This document shows, piece by piece, positions 31,474 to 40,869 of a stretch of DNA of 64,000 nucleotides. Each line of letters begins with the position of its first letter. Position 1 is the first letter of the stretch. The translations under genes and the position numbers were made by a program. Source of the DNA: Candidatus Eremiobacteria bacterium (GTDB taxonomy: Bacteria; Vulcanimicrobiota; Vulcanimicrobiia; Vulcanimicrobiales; Vulcanimicrobiaceae); assembly GCA_963758295.1 (NCBI GenBank), contig CAVWUU010000003.1, positions 96,001-160,000 on the forward strand, written 5' to 3'. The notes beneath the pieces are model-generated. The model had not been told where the DNA came from. It saw only the letters and a list, made by a program, of their open reading frames with translations, and ran no database searches.

Positions 31474-34400
31474 ATGAAGCAGACATACCCCATCGCAGCT
31501 TTAACACTGCTGCTTTCCGCATGCTCGCTCCATACGCCGCAGCAGCATGAGGCAGCATCCACATTCGGCGCCGTCGCAACGCCGCGCGCGGAGGCTACGG
31601 TTGCGCCCGCCGACTTCGGCGAATTGAGCTGGCGCGAAGTCGGACCGGCGGTTATGGGCGGACGCTTGGACTCCGTCGTCAGCGTGCCGGGTGATGAAAA
31701 CACCATTTACTTGGGGCACTCCTCCGGCGGATTGTACAAATCGACGAATGCGGGCATGTCGTTCGCACCGGTCTTTCACGCCGGATCCTCGTCATCCATC
31801 GGCGCGATTGCGATTGCGCCCTCGGAAGCTAAAACGGTCTATGCCGGTACCGGTGAAGGCTTTCCGCGAAACACGGCGGCCATCGGTGACGGCGTTTTTG
31901 TCTCGCATGATGCCGGCGGTACTTGGCACGCCGCCGGATTGAAGGAACACAGCACATCGCGCGCATTGCGGTCGATCCACACGATCCTGAAAACGGTGCT
32001 CGTGGCCGCAATGGGACCGGAGTTTTCCGCCGGCGGGGATCGCGGCATCTATCGAACGACGGACGGCGGCGCCCACTGGACGCGCGCCCTCTACGTTAAT
32101 CCGACGACCGGAGGCAGCGACGTCGCTTTCGATCCTTCGAATCCGCTCGTTGCGTATGCCGGGACGTTCGACTACCTCCGCGAGCCGTAGCACGTTTCGC
32201 GGGGGCGGTCCGGGAGCGGCCTGTACAAATCCATCGACGGCGGGAAAACGTGGAAGAAACTGACGGATCCCGCATTGCGCAATGGCTTGCCCGGCGGAAT
32301 CATCAACCGCGTCGGGTTAACGGTTTGCGCGCACCATCCGCAAACGCTCTACGCGATCGTTCCGACTAAGAGCGGCATGCTCTATCGTTCCGACGATGCG
32401 GGCGGCCACTGGAAGCTCGTGAATGCGTCGCAAGATTTGGTCTTCCGGCCGTTCTACTTTTCACAAGTTCGCGTCGATCCCGAGAACGTCAATGAAGTTT
32501 GGATCGTATCAGGCGAATTGCGCCGCTCCATGGACGGTGGCAAGAAGTTCCACGACGTCTATGCCGGCGGCGATAATCACGATCTTTGGATCGACCCGCA
32601 GAAGCCCAACGTGGTTCTCCTCGGAAGCGACATGGGATTCAACCGTTCCGTCGACGGCGGAAAAACGTGGATCTATGTCGACACGGTGCCGTTCTCTCAA
32701 GTCTATCGCGTCGGGTACGATCGCGAATTGCCGTATCACATCATGGGCGGCATGCAAGATCACGAGGTCTGGTGGGGACCCAGCAGTCTTTGGAACGGCG
32801 CCGGAATAGACGGCGGCTCCTGGCGTAACATTTCCGACTGGGGCGACGGGCAGTACGCGTGGCCCGATCCGGCCGACGCCAACATCATTTACGAAGACAC
32901 GCACTTCGGCGATCTCACGCGCCGCAACCTCGCGACCGGTGAAGCGCGGTATATAGGCCCGCAACCCGTCATTACGTTTGGTGCCGGCGCCGGGTCGATG
33001 CCGTACCGCTTCAATTGGAGCGCGCCGCTGATCGTTTCTCAACACGCGGCGAACCGCGTGTACTACGGCGGAAACGTGCTGTTCCAGAGCAACGACCAGG
33101 GCAATTCTTGGCGAGCTATCAGTCCCGATCTCTCTCAGCCGTGCGATAAGGCATGGCTCGCACCAAGCGGCGGCCCCATCACTCACGACAACACCAACGC
33201 CGAAACGTATTGCACCGTCTTCGCTATCGCCGAAGATGCCGATGACGGCACGTTGTGGGCGGGAACCGACAATGGCAATCTGCAGATTACGCGCGACGGT
33301 GGCGGGAGCTGGAGGAATGTAATCGCGAACGTTCCGGATCTGCCCGCGCGATCGTGGGTCGCGTCGATTGACGCTTCTCACCGCGCAAGCGGATCGGCAT
33401 ACGTTACGTTCGATCGCCATCGCTTCGGCGATACCAAGGCGTATGTGTATCATACGACCGATTACGGCGCGCATTGGGCAAACGTTTCCGGCGGGTTGCC
33501 CAGCTGGGCGTACGTAGTGCGCGAAGATCCGCGCGAGCCGGATCTCCTTTTCGCCGGGACCGAACGCGGGGTATCCGTATCTTTTGACCGCGGTGCGCAT
33601 TGGAGCGATCTGCAACTGGGCGACGACCGGGTTCCGGTATACGATCTGCAAATCCAGCCGGATGCGAACGACCTGATCGCCGGCACGCATGGCCGCGGTT
33701 TTGCCATCCTAGACGATATCACGCCCCTCGAGGGCCTTGCGCGAGCGGTGCACGGAAACGTCGCGCTGTTTGCGCCGCGCGACGCTTGGAAGTACCAAGC
33801 GCGTCCGACGCACGACTACGGCCAAAACGAATTCATCGCCGATAATAAACCGTACGGCGCGATTGTTTCGTATTACCTCGCTCCGCGGCCGCGTATCCAC
33901 GATAAGAAGAAGAAACGAACCGAAACCGTGACGCTCGTAATTTTGGACGGCAGCGGAAAAGTCGTTCGTCACTTAACCGGAACCGCAAAAGATGGTGTGA
34001 ACCGCGTCGTGTGGGATCTGCAAACCGATCCGCCGGGCGGCACGCACGCCGCGCAGGATCCGCGTCCCTACTACGTCTTTTATCCGCTCGATATCGAGGG
34101 ACCCGAAGCCATGCCCGGTCCTTACTCGGTCCGCTTGACGGCTCGCGGCGAAACGCTGTCGGTGCCGCTTACCGTGCGCCTCGATCCCTCCGTAACCGCG
34201 TCGACCGGCGATTTGCAGGCGCAATATAACGCAATGGAACGCTTGGCGCAAATGCAAGAACGCGGCGAACGGTGGCTGGCCGCTATTAGAAAGCTCGAGA
34301 AGAAGCATCACACGGCGGCCCTCGACGCCCTGGCTAACCGCCTGCGCAACGGTGACGGAAGCGAAAACGCCGGATATAAAGATCCGGCGCAAGTCATCGA

Positions 34401-34569
34401 TCAAATTGCGTATCTTCGTCACATCATTGCGACGTCGTACGCCGGACCGACTCAAATCCAGCAGCAGTTGATCGACCGCTACGACAAGGAGTTGCGCGCA
34501 ATCGAACCCGATGCGCGCAAGCTCTTAAACTACGGTGACTCCGACGCGAATCCGCGTACCTCGACGTAG
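31474..34569 (+). CDS. Second VPS10/BNR beta-propeller protein, lipoprotein; interrupted by a TAG at 32188-32190 and compensating indels
   Basis: Lipobox LLSAC; WREVGPAVMGGR; Asp-boxes; RPFYFS, YRFNWS, GTHGRG. ORFs 31474-32190 and 32275-34569 are in the same frame. Confidence 0.88.
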
Positions 34570-35438
34570 CCTTCGACGATGCGAGTTTCGAGGGTCGGCT
34601 GCGCAAGCGTGGCAGGCCCGTCGAGCACGCGGCCGTTTTCCAGAGAAAATCGCGAACCGTGCCACGGACAGCGAATACTGCAGTCCTCCAGCCGGCCCTG
34701 CGACAGTGGGCCACCCAGGTGCGCGCAGGAGTCTAGCAATGCGTAGACCGTTTCGCCGCGACGAACCAGAACGATGTTGCGTCCTCGAAGATTCGCACGG
34801 TGCGGCTTTTCTTCGATCAATTCCGTGAGCGGCAACAAGCGGACATAATCCAGCGGCAAGTCCTCGGCAGTCGCGTGATTCACGCCTTGCGTTTCACCGA
34901 AAACCAGATGACCGCCAAGTCCCGCAGCCAATAGCGCGATTCCGTACCCGGCGAACGACGCGACGATTCCCCGGCCCCGCGAACGTTTTCGTAGAAACCG
35001 CGAAGCGACAAACGCGCTCAAAGCAATGGTGTTACATGCGGCGTGAATGACGCCGACGCGAGCCGGGCGGCCGTAGGTTTCACTCCAATCCGCGAGGCCC
35101 GATGCAGCGGCGCCGAGCGCGCCCACGATGCCGACGTCCACGGCAAGGTCCGCCGCCCGTTCGAATCCCTCGTCGTCACGGAGGAGCGTGATGGCATCGA
35201 AGATTGCTGCCATCGTCCACGCGCCGATCGGCACGTCGGTAAGCACGGGATGCAACGGATGTCCCACCCACGTCCCATGCAGAAAGTTCTTTATCTGACG
35301 GTTACCGTCAAACGCTCGCTTGACCGCCGGCTGGACGTTTTGCGTGAACGTCTGGACGGCTGGTTGATCTTGGGTCGCACGTACGATGCCGTCAAAGAGC
35401 GGATTGCCGCCAAATGACGACGCGGGTTCTTGCGCCAT
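34530..35438 (-). CDS. DUF2231 membrane domain fused to a Rieske [2Fe-2S] domain
   Basis: LHGTWVGHPLHPVLTDVPIGAW, GLADW, LGGHLVF; Rieske boxes CAHLG and CPWHGS. Confidence 0.92.
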   Translation of the reverse strand: MAQEPASSFGGNPLFDGIVRATQDQPAVQTFTQNVQPAVKRAFDGNRQIKNFLHGTWVGHPLHPVLTDVPIGAWTMAAIFDAITLLRDDEGFERAADLAVDVGIVGALGAAASGLADWSETYGRPARVGVIHAACNTIALSAFVASRFLRKRSRGRGIVASFAGYGIALLAAGLGGHLVFGETQGVNHATAEDLPLDYVRLLPLTELIEEKPHRANLRGRNIVLVRRGETVYALLDSCAHLGGPLSQGRLEDCSIRCPWHGSRFSLENGRVLDGPATLAQPTLETRIVEGYVEVRGFASESP

Positions 35439-36685
35439 GCGTGCGGTTTACCCAGACGCGACGGGATTCGAGCATACGCGTGGATGGGCGGGCAGAGCAG
35501 CAGCCACGCGCAGGAAACTACGCCGATGAGGCCGCCCACGAGCACTGTGGTATGAATGCCCGCAACTTGGGCGAAGGCGCCGCCCGTCATGGCGCCGAGA
35601 GGAAGCGCGCCCCAGATCAACGTGCGCATCGTGGCGTTCATGCGGCCCATCATCTTGTCGTCGACCGTTAGGACGCGGATTTCTTGCTCGACGATGTTGT
35701 AAACGGGACCGGCAAGCGACAGCAATAGGCGGCCGGCCAGAATCGACAAAAACGGAAACGGCGCGATAAGAAACAGCAGTTTCGCCACGCCCGAAAGCAT
35801 CGTCGCTGCAGCGAGAGTCGTACGGGGGCCAAGTCGCGACGCGACCGGCTTTGCCACCATGCCGCCGAGCAAGCCGAGATTTCCGAATCCCATAAGGAGT
35901 CCGAAAGTCAGCGGCGACATGTGCAGCACGCGGTAGGCGTAGATTGCGAATACGGCGGTCACCATCGAGCCGCTGAAGTACGCCGTCGAGCTGGTGAGCG
36001 CGATCGCGCGAAGCTGGCGCGCATTCCAAACCAGCGCTAACCCTTCCCAGAATTCTTCAGCAAATTGTTTGAGCGCATTCTCGGCGTGAGGCTGCATTTC
36101 GATTTGTTCTTCGACGCGCATTCTGACGAGCGAGAACGACGACACGACATAGGTGAGACAGTTCAAGATGAGAGCGAGCGGCGCACCAACGAACTGGACG
36201 ATAACGCCGGAACTGCTGTTGCCGACGGCTTCGGCGGCCGACGCCGACATCGTCATCTTGGCATTGCCCTCTCCGAACTCGTCACGGCCGAGCAAGGACG
36301 GAACAAAGGCGCCGAAGGCCGTGTCGAATACGACGTTTGCCGACGCCGTAATGGCGGCGCAGATAAAGAATTGCGTTAGCGAGAAGCGATGGAGCGCAAA
36401 TGCTATTGGGAGCGAGCCGATACTCAGAATCCGCACTAAGTTTGCGGCGAGCATCAACGGACGGCGTTTGAACCGGTCGACGATAACGCCCACGAAGATC
36501 GCGAGGATCGCGACGACTGAAAACTCGAGGCTTTGAAGAGCGCCAACCTGAGCGGCATTGGCATGAAGCACTAAGATCGCAATTGTCGGAAGGGCAAAGA
36601 TGCTTAGCTGTCCACCAAGCTGAGAAACCGATTGGCCGCTCCAGAGCAATGAAAAATTGCGCCGGCGCTTAAGGTCATCCGTCAC
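35291..36685 (-). CDS. MFS transporter (H+ antiporter/EntS-like); true 3' end probably near 35448
   Basis: RNFSLLWSGQSVSQLG, GVIVDRFKRRPLM, MMGRMNA, PLGAMTGG. The ORF tail overlaps the Rieske gene by 148 bp. Confidence 0.88.
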   Translation of the reverse strand: MTDDLKRRRNFSLLWSGQSVSQLGGQLSIFALPTIAILVLHANAAQVGALQSLEFSVVAILAIFVGVIVDRFKRRPLMLAANLVRILSIGSLPIAFALHRFSLTQFFICAAITASANVVFDTAFGAFVPSLLGRDEFGEGNAKMTMSASAAEAVGNSSSGVIVQFVGAPLALILNCLTYVVSSFSLVRMRVEEQIEMQPHAENALKQFAEEFWEGLALVWNARQLRAIALTSSTAYFSGSMVTAVFAIYAYRVLHMSPLTFGLLMGFGNLGLLGGMVAKPVASRLGPRTTLAAATMLSGVAKLLFLIAPFPFLSILAGRLLLSLAGPVYNIVEQEIRVLTVDDKMMGRMNATMRTLIWGALPLGAMTGGAFAQVAGIHTTVLVGGLIGVVSCAWLLLCPPIHAYARIPSRLGKPHAWRKNPRRHLAAIRSLTASYVRPKINQPSRRSRKTSSRRSSERLTVTVR

Positions 36686-36696
36686 ATAATAGTTAA

Positions 36697-36726
36697 CGGC
36701 GCTAAGGGAGAACCGCCTTAGCGCCG
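36697..36726. terminator. Stem-loop between the oxidoreductase stop and the MFS start
   Basis: CGGCGCTAAGG-GAGAACCG-CCTTAGCGCCG, a perfect 11-bp stem. Confidence 0.55.
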
Positions 36727-36760
36727 CCAGTAACGAATTGTTAAGATTGTAAAACGCGAA

Positions 36761-37708
36761 TCAAATCGTCCCGGTTTCCACCGTGAGAATTAGCTTGCCG
36801 TCGATGGATCCCGATTTACTGTGCTCCAACGCTTGAGCGGCATCGCGCAAATCTCTTTCGGCCGAGATCTTCACGCGCAGCGTGCCTTCCTCCACTAGGC
36901 GCACAAGCTCTCGCAATCCCGCGTGCGACGACTGTCGCGTTTTGTTCATCACCAGATTTTGCGCCCGGATGCTTCGCTCGTTCCATTCGTTGGGTGATAA
37001 CGCGCCTATCGTCGAGACGATGGCGCCGCCGTCTTTCAGTGCCGGCTTCACTCGCGCGATCGTATCTTCGCCGTCAACCAAATCAAGGATCGCATCGAAT
37101 GGCTCTTCGTCCGCAAGCACCTTAAACACGTCGCCTTTATCGTAGGCGATGTATCGGTCGACGCCTAGATCGCGCGCTACGGATTCATGCGTTGCGCTCC
37201 CGGTGCCCGTAACCAAAGCGCCGCGAGCGCGCGCCATCTGTGCGGCGAATTCGCCGACGCCGCCCGTTACGCCGAGAATCGCGAGCCGCGTCCCGTCCTT
37301 TACGCCCAGCGCCTCCATCGAAGCGAGCGCCGTCAATCCGGCGGTCGGTAATGCGGCAGCGTCGGCGTCTCCCACGTCGTCGGGAATCTTGCAAATCGGC
37401 GATTGATTATCGTCTTCGGGCACGATGGTGAATTCCGCATAACTGCCGTGCGAACGGGCAATCCCGAAAACGCGATCGTCGAGATTGTATTTGCGTGCAT
37501 CGGCGCCGGCGCTCACGACGATGCCGGCGAAATCTTGTCCGAGCACAAACGGCATAGGGTGTTCGCCTCGGTCGCGGATCTTCCAATCAACCGGATTGAC
37601 GCCGGCCGCGGTAATGCGAACGAGTACCTCGCCTTTTTGCGGCTCCGGCGTCGGCACCTCACGAAGCGAGCCCGCTTCGCCCAAATGTTCGACGATGACA
37701 GCTCTCAT
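36761..37708 (-). CDS. NADP-dependent oxidoreductase (MDR/quinone reductase-like)
   Basis: AAGVNPVDWKIR, LGQDFAG, AAALPTAGLTA, GVTGGVG, GKLIL. Confidence 0.92.
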   Translation of the reverse strand: MRAVIVEHLGEAGSLREVPTPEPQKGEVLVRITAAGVNPVDWKIRDRGEHPMPFVLGQDFAGIVVSAGADARKYNLDDRVFGIARSHGSYAEFTIVPEDDNQSPICKIPDDVGDADAAALPTAGLTALASMEALGVKDGTRLAILGVTGGVGEFAAQMARARGALVTGTGSATHESVARDLGVDRYIAYDKGDVFKVLADEEPFDAILDLVDGEDTIARVKPALKDGGAIVSTIGALSPNEWNERSIRAQNLVMNKTRQSSHAGLRELVRLVEEGTLRVKISAERDLRDAAQALEHSKSGSIDGKLILTVETGTI

Positions 37709-38562
37709 GGATATCGCCTTTCCCAAAGCATTGCCGCTCCACGTACGCCGCTGGAATCACCATGAGTTGCGTGCCGTATGCTCGTTCGGACCGAATCCGA
37801 AAACACGTATCTCGTGAGTTCTTCCGGCAATCGTTTGTAGAGCGCTTCGATGTTCGAAACTCCGCCTCCAAGAACTATGGCATCCGGATCCAAGACGTTG
37901 ATCACGGTCGCGAGAGCGCGCGCAAGACGATCGATGTAAATGGCAAGCACTTCAGGCGTATCGCCGTGCTTCGAGCGTTCGCGTTCCAACGCCGGCCCGG
38001 ATAGCCAGGTTTCTATGCAGCCGTATTTGCCACAATAGCACGCAGGACCGGGAAGTTCATCGCTGCGCGGCCATGGAAGCGGATTGTGTCCCCACTCTCC
38101 CGCTATCGCGTTGCGTCCGCTCAAAATGTGCTTGCCTACGCTTATGCCTCCACCGACGCCCGTCCCAAGGATGACGCCGAACGCCACGTTCACATCGGCA
38201 GCCGACCCGTCCACCGCTTCCGAGAGGATGAAGCAGTTCGCGTCGTTCGTCATCAAGACGCTTCGGCCGAGGAGGTGCTCGATGTCGCTCTGCAGCGACT
38301 TTCCGATCAGCACCGTGCTATTTGCGTTTTTGATCAGATGGGTTTCGAGAGAAACCGAACCCGGGGTGCCGATTCCGGTCGGAGCCGGCATGTCGAGATC
38401 GCGTTCGGCATCTTGAATCAGTGAGACAATTGCGGCGACCGTCGCCGAATAATCCCCGCACGGCGTCGGAATACGCCGGCGCAGGAGCGTCTGATGCGCG
38501 GCGTCCATGCCGATGACTTCGATCTTGGTGCCACCCAAGTCGATTCCGATTGAAACTTCCAT
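37705..38562 (-). CDS. mak: ROK family sugar kinase (fructokinase Mak-like)
   Basis: GIDLGGTKIE, NDANCF, LGTGVGGG, GEWGHNPLPW, CYCGKYGCIE, HGDSSGVRGAA. Confidence 0.88.
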   Translation of the reverse strand: MEVSIGIDLGGTKIEVIGMDAAHQTLLRRRIPTPCGDYSATVAAIVSLIQDAERDLDMPAPTGIGTPGSVSLETHLIKNANSTVLIGKSLQSDIEHLLGRSVLMTNDANCFILSEAVDGSAADVNVAFGVILGTGVGGGISVGKHILSGRNAIAGEWGHNPLPWPRSDELPGPACYCGKYGCIETWLSGPALERERSKHGDTPEVLAIYIDRLARALATVINVLDPDAIVLGGGVSNIEALYKRLPEELTRYVFSDSVRTSIRHATHGDSSGVRGAAMLWERRYP

Positions 38563-38861
38563 TGCGGCTTCCTTCGTCGCCGAAACGCAAATGCGCACGT
38601 AGGAAATCGCCTACGTACGCACTGCGTCATGAAGCATCCGTGCCTCGCCGCCGCCGAAGGGCCTCTTCCGGCAGCTCCGAGTCCATGCATTGAGAATAGC
38701 GGAGCGAGCGCAGCCCTGCAGCAGCAAGGTGGGGTAGGGCCGCTAAGCCTATCGTCCCCATGGGAACCAGCGCCCGGTCCTCAGTTGCCCGAGCCGGCGT
38801 TAGGTCTCTCGCTCCTATGCGGCGGGCCGACGCAACGAGCGGCGTTGGTGGCCTTACACGC

Positions 38862-40529
38862 TTACGACAGCGTGAGGGGACGGTAGCGGATGCGTTTGGG
38901 CTTCGCCGCTTCTTCGCCGAGACGCTTGATCTTGTCGGCTTCGTACTCTTGGTAATTGCCTTCGAAGAAATACACGCTGCTGTCGCCTTCGAAAGAGAGA
39001 ATGTGCGTCGCAATGCGATCGAGGAACCAGCGGTCGTGACTGATCACCATAACGGTTCCGGCAAATTCTGCAAGTGCGTCTTCGAGCGCGCGCAGCGTTT
39101 CCACGTCGAGATCGTTCGACGGTTCGTCCAGCAGCAGGACGTTGGCGCCGGTTAGCAATGTCTTGGCTAAATGAAGGCGTCCCCGTTCGCCGCCGGAGAG
39201 CGTTCCGACGTTCTTCTGTTGATCTCCGCCTTTGAAATTAAAGCGGCCCAAATAGGCCCGCGACGGCATTTCAAAACGTCCGACTTGCAAGATGTCGAGA
39301 CCGCCGCTGACGTCTTCCCATGCCGTTTTGCTGTTGTCGAGATCTTCGCGGGATTGATCGACAAGCGCGAGTTTCACCGACGGCCCGATCGTTATTTGAC
39401 CGGAATCAGGCCGTTCTTTCCCGGCGATCATACGGAAGAGCGTTGATTTGCCCGCGCCGTTGGGTCCGATGATGCCGACGATGGCGCCCGGCGGAATTGA
39501 AAAGCTGACGTCGTCGAGCAAAAGTTTGTCGCCGTACGCTTTGCTCACGTGGTCGAAATCGATCACGCGATCGCCCAATCGCTCTGCAACGGGAATGAAG
39601 ATCTCTTGCGTTTCGTTGCGGCGCTGATATTCGTAGCTCGAGAGTTCCTCGAATCGTGCAAGGCGGCTCTTGCTCTTGCTCTGTCGCCCCTTCGTGCCTT
39701 GGCGAACCCAGTCCAGTTCTTTCTTCAGTGCTTTTTGACGAGCGGACTCCGCGGCTTCTTCCTGTCCGAGCCGTTCTTGTTTTTGATCGAGCCACGAACT
39801 GTAATTGCCCTTCCACGGAATGCCGCGGCCGCGGTCAAGTTCGAGAATCCATTCGGCCGCGTTATCCAAGAAATACCGGTCGTGCGTAACGGCGACGACG
39901 GTGCCCGGGAAACGTTGAAGAAATTGTTCGAGCCATTCGACGCTTTCCGCGTCTAAATGATTCGTCGGCTCGTCGAGCAGCAGCATGTCGGGCTTTGAAA
40001 GCAACAGGCGGCAGAGCGCAACCCGGCGCTTTTCACCGCCCGAAAGGGGACCGATCTTTGCTTCCCAAGGCGGCAGGCGTAACGCGTCCGCGGCAATTTC
40101 CAGCTGCTGATCGAGATCGTCGCCGGCCGCGGAAATAACGGCCTCGAGCTTCGACTGCTCTTCGGCCAGCTTGTCGAAGTCGGCTTCAGGGTCGCCGTAG
40201 GCGGCATAGATTTCATCTAGGCGGTGGCGCGCTTCGATGAGCTCGCCCAGGCCCTGTTCGACCGTCTCACGGACCGTTTTGTCGGGATCGAGTTTCGGCT
40301 CTTGCTCGAGAAAACCAACGGTCAGGTTCGGCGCCGGCTTCGCCTCGCCGTCGATCTCCGTGTCCACCCCGGCCATAATGCGCAGCAAAGACGACTTCCC
40401 GGCGCCGTTGAGGCCGAGAATGCCGATCTTTGCACCCGGGAAAAAGCTGAGGGAAATATCCTTGAGGATCTGACGCTTCGGCGGCACGACTTTGCCGACG
40501 CGATGCATCGTATAAACGTATTGCGTCAC
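38862..40529 (-). CDS. ettA: Energy-dependent translational throttle protein EttA (ABC-F)
   Basis: 555 aa; YVYTMHRVGKVVPPKRQILKDISLSFFPGAKIG start; two ABC domains; KRIRYRPL end. Confidence 0.97.
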   Translation of the reverse strand: MTQYVYTMHRVGKVVPPKRQILKDISLSFFPGAKIGILGLNGAGKSSLLRIMAGVDTEIDGEAKPAPNLTVGFLEQEPKLDPDKTVRETVEQGLGELIEARHRLDEIYAAYGDPEADFDKLAEEQSKLEAVISAAGDDLDQQLEIAADALRLPPWEAKIGPLSGGEKRRVALCRLLLSKPDMLLLDEPTNHLDAESVEWLEQFLQRFPGTVVAVTHDRYFLDNAAEWILELDRGRGIPWKGNYSSWLDQKQERLGQEEAAESARQKALKKELDWVRQGTKGRQSKSKSRLARFEELSSYEYQRRNETQEIFIPVAERLGDRVIDFDHVSKAYGDKLLLDDVSFSIPPGAIVGIIGPNGAGKSTLFRMIAGKERPDSGQITIGPSVKLALVDQSREDLDNSKTAWEDVSGGLDILQVGRFEMPSRAYLGRFNFKGGDQQKNVGTLSGGERGRLHLAKTLLTGANVLLLDEPSNDLDVETLRALEDALAEFAGTVMVISHDRWFLDRIATHILSFEGDSSVYFFEGNYQEYEADKIKRLGEEAAKPKRIRYRPLTLS

Positions 40530-40572
40530 GGAATGGCCTTCGCGGGATAAGGGAATTGCCCGCGACTATTCG

Positions 40573-40821
40573 CTAGTTGCCGAGGAGTCCCGCCTCGTTT
40601 AGCAGGGCCTTCACGTCGTCTAGCTGCTTGCGCAGCTCGTGGATCCGAACCATCCGCCGGTTGGGATCGATGATCCACTGTTGCGCCCGCCACGCATTGA
40701 CGTGTGCTTTCAAGTTTTCCCACGCCACGCGCTCGACGCTGCCGCTGGGAAATTGCGTAAAAAGCTGCTCCGCGTTTTGGATGAGCGAACTAGCTTTATC
40801 CAGCTCGGTATCGATGCTCAC
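40573..40821 (-). CDS. Small helical hypothetical protein
   Basis: 82-aa ORF filling the gap between FUSC and ettA; GAGGGG RBS-like element upstream. Confidence 0.55.
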   Translation of the reverse strand: MSIDTELDKASSLIQNAEQLFTQFPSGSVERVAWENLKAHVNAWRAQQWIIDPNRRMVRIHELRKQLDDVKALLNEAGLLGN

Positions 40822-40869
40822 AGTGCAACCATCTTACCCCTCGCTGAAAACGGCGAATACAGACCTCAT

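Noticed and set aside
32188..32190. In-frame TAG in the second VPS10 gene as stop-codon readthrough or pyrrolysine
   Set aside because: It sits at a Trp conserved in the paralogue (KPW) and is followed by a compensating +1/-1 pair that restores T-F-R-G-G-G-P. TAG is a normal stop elsewhere in the window. Most likely a sequencing error.
35291..35447. 148-bp overlap of the MFS and Rieske genes as a real overlapping-gene pair
   Set aside because: The tail is low-complexity basic sequence, and a TAA in a neighbouring frame at 35448-35450 suggests an indel.
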